A stretch of DNA of 64,000 nucleotides, from the NCBI GenBank assembly GCA_964579975.1, contig CAZOIF010000006.1, positions 6,925-70,924 on the forward strand. Direction: 5' to 3'. Every line of letters starts with the position of its first letter. Positions within the stretch are counted from its first letter, which is position 1. The notes beneath the pieces were generated by a model. The model had not been told where the DNA came from. It did no database searches and was given only the letters and a program-made list of their open reading frames with translations. The stretch is from an uncultured Eubacterium sp. GTDB taxonomy: Bacteria; Bacillota; Clostridia; Lachnospirales; Lachnospiraceae. The position numbers and the translations under genes are program-made. Positions 58,970 through 64,000 of the stretch are shown in pieces.

Positions 58970-59902
58970 GTGAATCAGAAAACGAAATCCACGATTGAAA
59001 ATGTAGTGGAACAAATTGCCGGTAATTATGATCATGAACCGCTTTTTTCTACAAAAGCGGGAAAAAATATGCCAGAGCGGAAAGTCATCATTGATGCCCT
59101 GAAAGAACTCCGTCTTGTCATGTTTCCTGGATATTTCGGGGAACAGGATGCGACGAGGGGACTTCCCAGGTATTTTGTGGGTGACAGATTGTTAGCGATC
59201 TATAACATGCTCTGTGAACAGATCGCCTGCGCCTTTGCTTACAACGGGGATGATCCGGTGATCCGTGCACACTCGCTCGATGGAATGCCCGATGAAGCGA
59301 ATAAGGAACGGGCAGAGAAGATATGCGGTGAATTTTTTGAGGAACTTCCCCGGATACAAAAACTGCTGTTAAAAGATGTGCAGGCGGCATTTGACGGAGA
59401 TCCGGCTGCACAGAGTAAGGAGGAGATCATCTTTTCCTACCCGGGACTGTTTGCGATATTTGTATATCGTATTGCCCATGAATTTTACATACGCGAGGTT
59501 CCGTTTATCCCGAGGATCATGACCGAGTATGCCCACGGCAAGACAGGGATCGACATCAACTCAGGAGCTGTGATCGGGGAGAGCTTTTTCATCGATCATG
59601 GGACGGGAATCGTCATCGGTGAGACGACGGTCATCGGCGACCACGTCAAGCTCTATCAGGGAGTGACCCTCGGCGGATTGTCCACCAGAGGCGGACAGAA
59701 GCTGTCCGGCAGCAAGCGTCACCCGACGATCGAGGATCACGTGACGATTTATTCCAATGCCTCTATTTTGGGAGGAGATACGGTGATCGGAAAGAACTCG
59801 GTCATTGGCGGAAATACGTTTATTACGGAGTCGATTGCGGAAAATTCGAGGATCAGTCTGCAAAAACCGGTTCAGGATGAGTATGACTGGTATGTGATCT
59901 GA
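58970..59902 (+). CDS. cysE: Serine O-acetyltransferase
   Basis: [32 protein letters not shown]; GTG start after GGAGG. Confidence 0.9.
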   Translation: MNQKTKSTIENVVEQIAGNYDHEPLFSTKAGKNMPERKVIIDALKELRLVMFPGYFGEQDATRGLPRYFVGDRLLAIYNMLCEQIACAFAYNGDDPVIRAHSLDGMPDEANKERAEKICGEFFEELPRIQKLLLKDVQAAFDGDPAAQSKEEIIFSYPGLFAIFVYRIAHEFYIREVPFIPRIMTEYAHGKTGIDINSGAVIGESFFIDHGTGIVIGETTVIGDHVKLYQGVTLGGLSTRGGQKLSGSKRHPTIEDHVTIYSNASILGGDTVIGKNSVIGGNTFITESIAENSRISLQKPVQDEYDWYVI

Positions 59903-59930
59903 AAATTGAAGTATAGCATCTGCGAATAAA

Positions 59931-59963
59931 AAAGGCATTCTGATACAGAGTCAGGATGCCTTT
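59931..59963. terminator. Bidirectional intrinsic terminator
   Basis: AAAGGCATTCTGA...TCAGGATGCCTTT between convergent genes. Confidence 0.8.
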
Positions 59964-60352
59964 AATAATTTTTCATAAATCAGTCCCACGATAAACCAGA
60001 CAGGGGCATAATCCAATCGGATGAGTCCTTCTATATTTGTCTTGGCATCACTGTAGTCCCACGGACAGCAGTGATTTTTTTTGAGGAGTTTTCCCGTTCC
60101 GTATTCGGCGGCAAAGATGCATGTCGTGTAGACGGAGCCACGGATCATGACATTTGCATTTTTCAATGCGTGATGGATCGGTTTGATCAGGGATGCCATG
60201 CCATAGATCGGGAACATCCACATCGAGGTACGGCAGGTGAACTGTTTGCTCTCGTGGGATAAGATCGAGTGAAGACCTGTCCACAGGCACTCAAACCCCC
60301 AACCGTATACTCCGCATTTTACGAAATTTTTCGCTGAATCTTGTACTTTCAT
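59951..60352 (-). CDS. TMEM229/CmpB-like small membrane protein
   Basis: GWGFE, WMFPIYG, EYGTG, PWDYS, GLIRLDY. Confidence 0.75.
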   Translation of the reverse strand: MKVQDSAKNFVKCGVYGWGFECLWTGLHSILSHESKQFTCRTSMWMFPIYGMASLIKPIHHALKNANVMIRGSVYTTCIFAAEYGTGKLLKKNHCCPWDYSDAKTNIEGLIRLDYAPVWFIVGLIYEKLLKAS

Positions 60353-60440
60353 GTAATCCTCCTTAAGAATATGATTGCGCCGATCATTTTTAGTTTCTGC
60401 GAAAAGGGAGAAAATATTCGTGAACGAAATGTAAAGTATT

Positions 60441-60588
60441 TTGGAAACACACGGAAATCAATTTTGGGTGGTCGCAATTTATGAGAACAGTGACATTTGT
60501 ACAGCAGTGGAAATATTCCCACTGCTGTACGAAGCTTTGTCAGATTTCATAAATTGCGACCACCCAAAATTGATTTCCGTGTTGGAAA
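60441..60588. mobile_element. Palindromic MITE-like element with a flanking 7-bp direct repeat
   Basis: Perfect 36-bp IR 60449-60484/60547-60582; inner 12-bp IR 60499-60510/60519-60530; TTGGAAA at 60441-60447 and 60582-60588. Confidence 0.55.
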
Positions 60589-60591
60589 GAC

Positions 60592-60620
60592 TTGTTTTCT
60601 TTCTGCTTTTTCGATATACT
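60592..60620 (+). promoter_or_regulatory. Probable sigma-A promoter
   Basis: TTGTTT-17 bp-TATACT. Confidence 0.55.
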
Positions 60621-60694
60621 AGTAACAGGCAGATTATTTTACCAAAACTCATAAGAAAAATTCACAGAAAAGTTGTGCAGGAATGGAGGATATA

Positions 60695-61930
60695 ATGGCA
60701 GAGATCAGACCATTTTGTTGTGTCCGCCCGGCGGAAGAACTGGCGGAGAGGGTAGCAGCATTACCATATGATGTGTATAACAGACAGGAGGCAAAGGAAG
60801 AAGTTCAGAGAGAACCGCTTTCTTTTTTGAAGATAGACCGGGCGGAGACAAGCTTTGATGATACAGTCGACACCTATGCTCCGGAGGTTTATGCAAAAGC
60901 AAAGGAACTTCTTGAAGAGGATATCCGGAATCAGGTATATGTGACGGATGAGGACAAGGTTTACTATATTTATCAGCTCGTTATGGACGGCCGTTCCCAG
61001 ACGGGGCTTGTGGCATGTTCTTCTGTGGACGACTATGCAAATAATGTGATCAAAAAGCATGAGAATACGAGAGCGGATAAAGAGGTGGACCGGATCACGC
61101 ATGTGGATACGTGTTCTGCACAGACCGGGCCGATCTTTCTCGCCTATCGCTCGGAGGAATCGATCAATCAGATCGTGAAGAAATATGTAGCAGGGAAAGC
61201 ACTTTATGATTTTACCGCAGTGGATGGAGTTACCCACCGGGTGTGGAAGATCAGTGAAAAAGAAGATGTCGATGCCATTTATCATGCCTTTCAGACAATC
61301 GGACAGATTTATATTGCAGATGGGCATCACCGGGCGGCATCGGCTGTAAAGGTCGGCTTGAAACGCCGGGAGGAAAATCCGGGATATACCGGCGAGGAAG
61401 AATTTAATTACTTTTTGTCTGTTCTTTTTCCACATGATGAGCTTATGATCATGGATTATAACAGGACAGTGAAAGATCTGAATGGCCTTTCTGCGGATGA
61501 ATTTATGAAAAAGGTACAGGAAAAGTTTGAGATCAGAGAAGAGACAGACCCCGTGCGCCCGGAAGAAAAAGGCACATTTGGAATGTATATGGATAAAAAG
61601 TGGTATCGGCTCACGGCAAAACCGGAGCTGTTTGAGGGGAAAGATGCAGTAGCCAGCCTTGATGTTTCTGTTCTTCAGGACAATCTTTTAGGACCGGTTC
61701 TCGGGATCGGTGATCCACGGACCGACAGCCGGATCGATTTTGTGGGGGGCATACGGGGCTTAAAAGAGCTTGAAAAGAGAGCAGACGGAGATATGTGTGT
61801 TTCGTTTTCTATGTATCCGACGTCGATCACGGAACTTTTTGACGTGGCAGACAACGGACTTTTGATGCCGCCAAAATCGACGTGGTTTGAGCCGAAGCTT
61901 CGCAGCGGGCTGTTCATACATAGAATATAA
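60695..61930 (+). CDS. DUF1015 family protein
   Basis: LPYDV, KKHENT, YIADGHHR, MPPKSTWFEPK. Confidence 0.9.
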   Translation: MAEIRPFCCVRPAEELAERVAALPYDVYNRQEAKEEVQREPLSFLKIDRAETSFDDTVDTYAPEVYAKAKELLEEDIRNQVYVTDEDKVYYIYQLVMDGRSQTGLVACSSVDDYANNVIKKHENTRADKEVDRITHVDTCSAQTGPIFLAYRSEESINQIVKKYVAGKALYDFTAVDGVTHRVWKISEKEDVDAIYHAFQTIGQIYIADGHHRAASAVKVGLKRREENPGYTGEEEFNYFLSVLFPHDELMIMDYNRTVKDLNGLSADEFMKKVQEKFEIREETDPVRPEEKGTFGMYMDKKWYRLTAKPELFEGKDAVASLDVSVLQDNLLGPVLGIGDPRTDSRIDFVGGIRGLKELEKRADGDMCVSFSMYPTSITELFDVADNGLLMPPKSTWFEPKLRSGLFIHRI

Positions 61931-61949
61931 GGATAGTTGGAGGAAAGAA

Positions 61950-62621
61950 ATGGATCGTTTTTTTAATTCAGACAACATGGTGATGAAAGTGTTGTCAAAA
62001 GTATTTGATATCGGGTGGCTTAGTATTCTTTATGTGATATTTTGCATGCCGGTCGTGACATTTGGAGCGGCGACGACGGCGCTTTATTATGTGAGCGCTA
62101 AAGTGCTGCGGCATGACAGGAGTTATGTGTGGACGGAATTTTGGAGAAGTTTCAAGCAGAATTTTGTGCCTTCTACGGTCATGTGGATCATAACCGCAGT
62201 GGTGTACGCCCTTTTATATTTCAATATTAGTTTTGTAAGAAGTTCCGAATCGGAATTCGGCGGCTATCTGGTGGGAGCGTATCTTACACTCGGGTTGATC
62301 GTGTTATGTATACTCTCGTATGCATTTTGCGTTCTTTCGAGATTTGATATGAAGATCATGAAAATCTTTCGTTTTTCGCTTTATCTGGCGTTCCGGCATT
62401 TTATCCATACATTCATCCTTCTGGTGATTTTATTTGCAGCGGGCGCCGGTATTTATGTGGGATTTGTGGCACAGGTTCCGCTCCTGCTTATGTTTGTTCC
62501 GGGAACGGCGTCGTTTCTTTACACGTTTCCGATGGAACATCTTTTGAAGAAATATACGCCGAAATCAGAGACAAAGTATACCGAAGACGGGGAAGAAATC
62601 GTCGAGTGGTATGAAGAATAA
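61950..62621 (+). CDS. YesL/DUF624 family membrane protein
   Basis: PVVTFGAATTALY, FWRSFKQNF; about 5 TMs. Confidence 0.85.
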   Translation: MDRFFNSDNMVMKVLSKVFDIGWLSILYVIFCMPVVTFGAATTALYYVSAKVLRHDRSYVWTEFWRSFKQNFVPSTVMWIITAVVYALLYFNISFVRSSESEFGGYLVGAYLTLGLIVLCILSYAFCVLSRFDMKIMKIFRFSLYLAFRHFIHTFILLVILFAAGAGIYVGFVAQVPLLLMFVPGTASFLYTFPMEHLLKKYTPKSETKYTEDGEEIVEWYEE

Positions 62622-62664
62622 AGTTGCACTGGATTGACAGGTGCGGCAGGAATGGGGGATTTAT

Positions 62665-64000
62665 ATGGCAAAAAAATTAGAAGATTACATGGATTGGCCC
62701 GGGATTGAAGATTTGGAATATGCAGAATGCAGCAGACCAAGAGAGGTACTCGGACCACTGGAAATAAACGGAGATGTTCTGGTCCGCTGTTTTTTTCCGG
62801 ATGCAGTGAAGGTATCCGTGAAGGTAAAGGGAACGAGCCGGAGTGTGCGGATGAAAAAAATGGACGAGGCAGGATATTTTGCAGCGTTTCTTGGCTGTAA
62901 AAAAATCCCGGAATATACATATCATGTAGAGTACGAGGAATCTAAGATGGATACATGTGATGCGTATGCCATCGATGATTTTGTGGATGCCATGGATGGG
63001 GTGATGTTTGACAACGGGACACATGATACCGTTTATGAAAAGCTGGGGGCACATATCGGAAAAGCCTGTGGTTTTAAAGGGACTTATTTTTCTGTCTGGG
63101 CGCCTAATGCAGTTTCTGTCAGTGTCGTGGGAGATTTTAATGACTGGGACGGAAGACGAAATCCGATGAAACGTCTGGATACGGGGATTTTTGAACTGTT
63201 TGTGCCCGGCGTGGCAGAGGGAGAACTTTATAAATATCAAATACATGGTGCAGATGGAAAAATTGTGCTCAAATCGGATCCCTATGGGTATTTCTGTGAA
63301 AAACGTCCGGCCAACGCAAGTGTCGTATGGGATATCACAAACTATGAATGGGGAGATGAAAAGTGGTTGAAAGAGCGAAGCCAGAAGAATCTGGACAGCG
63401 AGCCGGTCATTATTTATGAGTTACATCCCGGGGCATTCCGGAAACCAGAGGCTTTGGAAGAGGATGGCGGCGGTTTTTATAATTTCAGGGAACTTGCCCC
63501 TATGGTAAGCGATTATTGCAAGCAGATGGGATATACGCATGTGGAACTGATGCCGGTGATGGAGCATCCGTATGATGGTTCGTGGGGATATCAGGTGACG
63601 GGATATTATGCACCGACCTCCCGCTATGGGACGCCGGATGACTTTATGTATTTTGTCGATGTGATGCATCAGAATGGGCTTGGTGTTCTCCTTGACTGGG
63701 TGCCGGCGCATTTTCCGAAAGATGAGCATGGTCTGGCGAGGTTTGACGGAACATGTCTGTATGAACACTTAGATCCGAGACAGGGGGAGCACCCTCACTG
63801 GGGAACCCTTATCTATAATTATGGGCGTCCGCAGGTGGTAAATTTTCTAGTTGCAAATGCCCTGTTCTGGCTTGAGAAATATCATGTGGACGGACTCCGG
63901 CTGGATGCGGTGGCATCGATGCTCTATCTGGATTATGGAAAGCAGGACGGACAGTGGATAGCAAACATATACGGTGGAAATGAAAATCTGGAGGCAGTCG
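62665..64000 (+). CDS. glgB: 1,4-alpha-glucan branching enzyme (3' end truncated by window edge; absent from the ORF track)
   Basis: Frame from ATG 62665: VWAPNA, YELH, ELMPVMEHP, SWGYQ, DWVPAHF, GLRLDAVASM. Confidence 0.95.
   Translation, partial: MAKKLEDYMDWPGIEDLEYAECSRPREVLGPLEINGDVLVRCFFPDAVKVSVKVKGTSRSVRMKKMDEAGYFAAFLGCKKIPEYTYHVEYEESKMDTCDAYAIDDFVDAMDGVMFDNGTHDTVYEKLGAHIGKACGFKGTYFSVWAPNAVSVSVVGDFNDWDGRRNPMKRLDTGIFELFVPGVAEGELYKYQIHGADGKIVLKSDPYGYFCEKRPANASVVWDITNYEWGDEKWLKERSQKNLDSEPVIIYELHPGAFRKPEALEEDGGGFYNFRELAPMVSDYCKQMGYTHVELMPVMEHPYDGSWGYQVTGYYAPTSRYGTPDDFMYFVDVMHQNGLGVLLDWVPAHFPKDEHGLARFDGTCLYEHLDPRQGEHPHWGTLIYNYGRPQVVNFLVANALFWLEKYHVDGLRLDAVASMLYLDYGKQDGQWIANIYGGNENLEAV

Noticed and set aside
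58970-59902. cysE appended to the tig-clp-lon-engB operon as a novel functional link
   Set aside because: Nothing in the sequence supports more than ordinary gene adjacency
60446-60587. Integron attC site (AAC...GTT ends)
   Set aside because: The R boxes are not complementary beyond AAC/GTT, and there is no integrase or cassette array
49533-60695. Short ORFs 49533-49739, 49658-49990 and 60441-60695 in the intergenic palindromes
   Set aside because: They are by-products of the inverted repeats (the same peptide appears on both strands) and have no convincing RBS

Overview
This window looks like chromosomal DNA from an anaerobic Firmicute, probably Lachnospiraceae/Clostridia (inferred from protein families and gene order). 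Bases 1-39,200 are the 3' part of a large cell-wall glycopolymer locus, all on the + strand. It holds five GT-C-type membrane proteins, three GT2 polyprenyl-phosphate sugar synthases and two flippase types (an SMR/EamA pair and GtrA). Its sugar pathways are a dTDP-4-amino sugar with two ATP-grasp ligases, CDP-3,6-dideoxyhexose (rfbF/G/H), GDP-Man/GDP-D-Rha (manA, manC, gmd, rmd) and a sugar C-methyltransferase. It ends with CDP-ribitol genes (tarI, tarJ) and two TagF-type proteins. An MNT-HEPN pair follows, then mostly housekeeping genes: argH, gpmI, hydE-like, mnmA, glmM, a GH8 Rex-like gene, tig-clpP-clpX-lon-engB-cysE, DUF1015 and the 5' part of glgB. Two things stand out. The first is the serial set of lipid-carrier 'decoration' modules, including an Arn-like module that may install an aminoacylated amino sugar. 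The second is five mutually unrelated long intergenic palindromes (60-265 bp) whose mismatches are nearly all G.T on the + strand. I recognised no rRNA, tRNA, CRISPR array or transposase. All family calls come from motif recognition by eye, not database searches.
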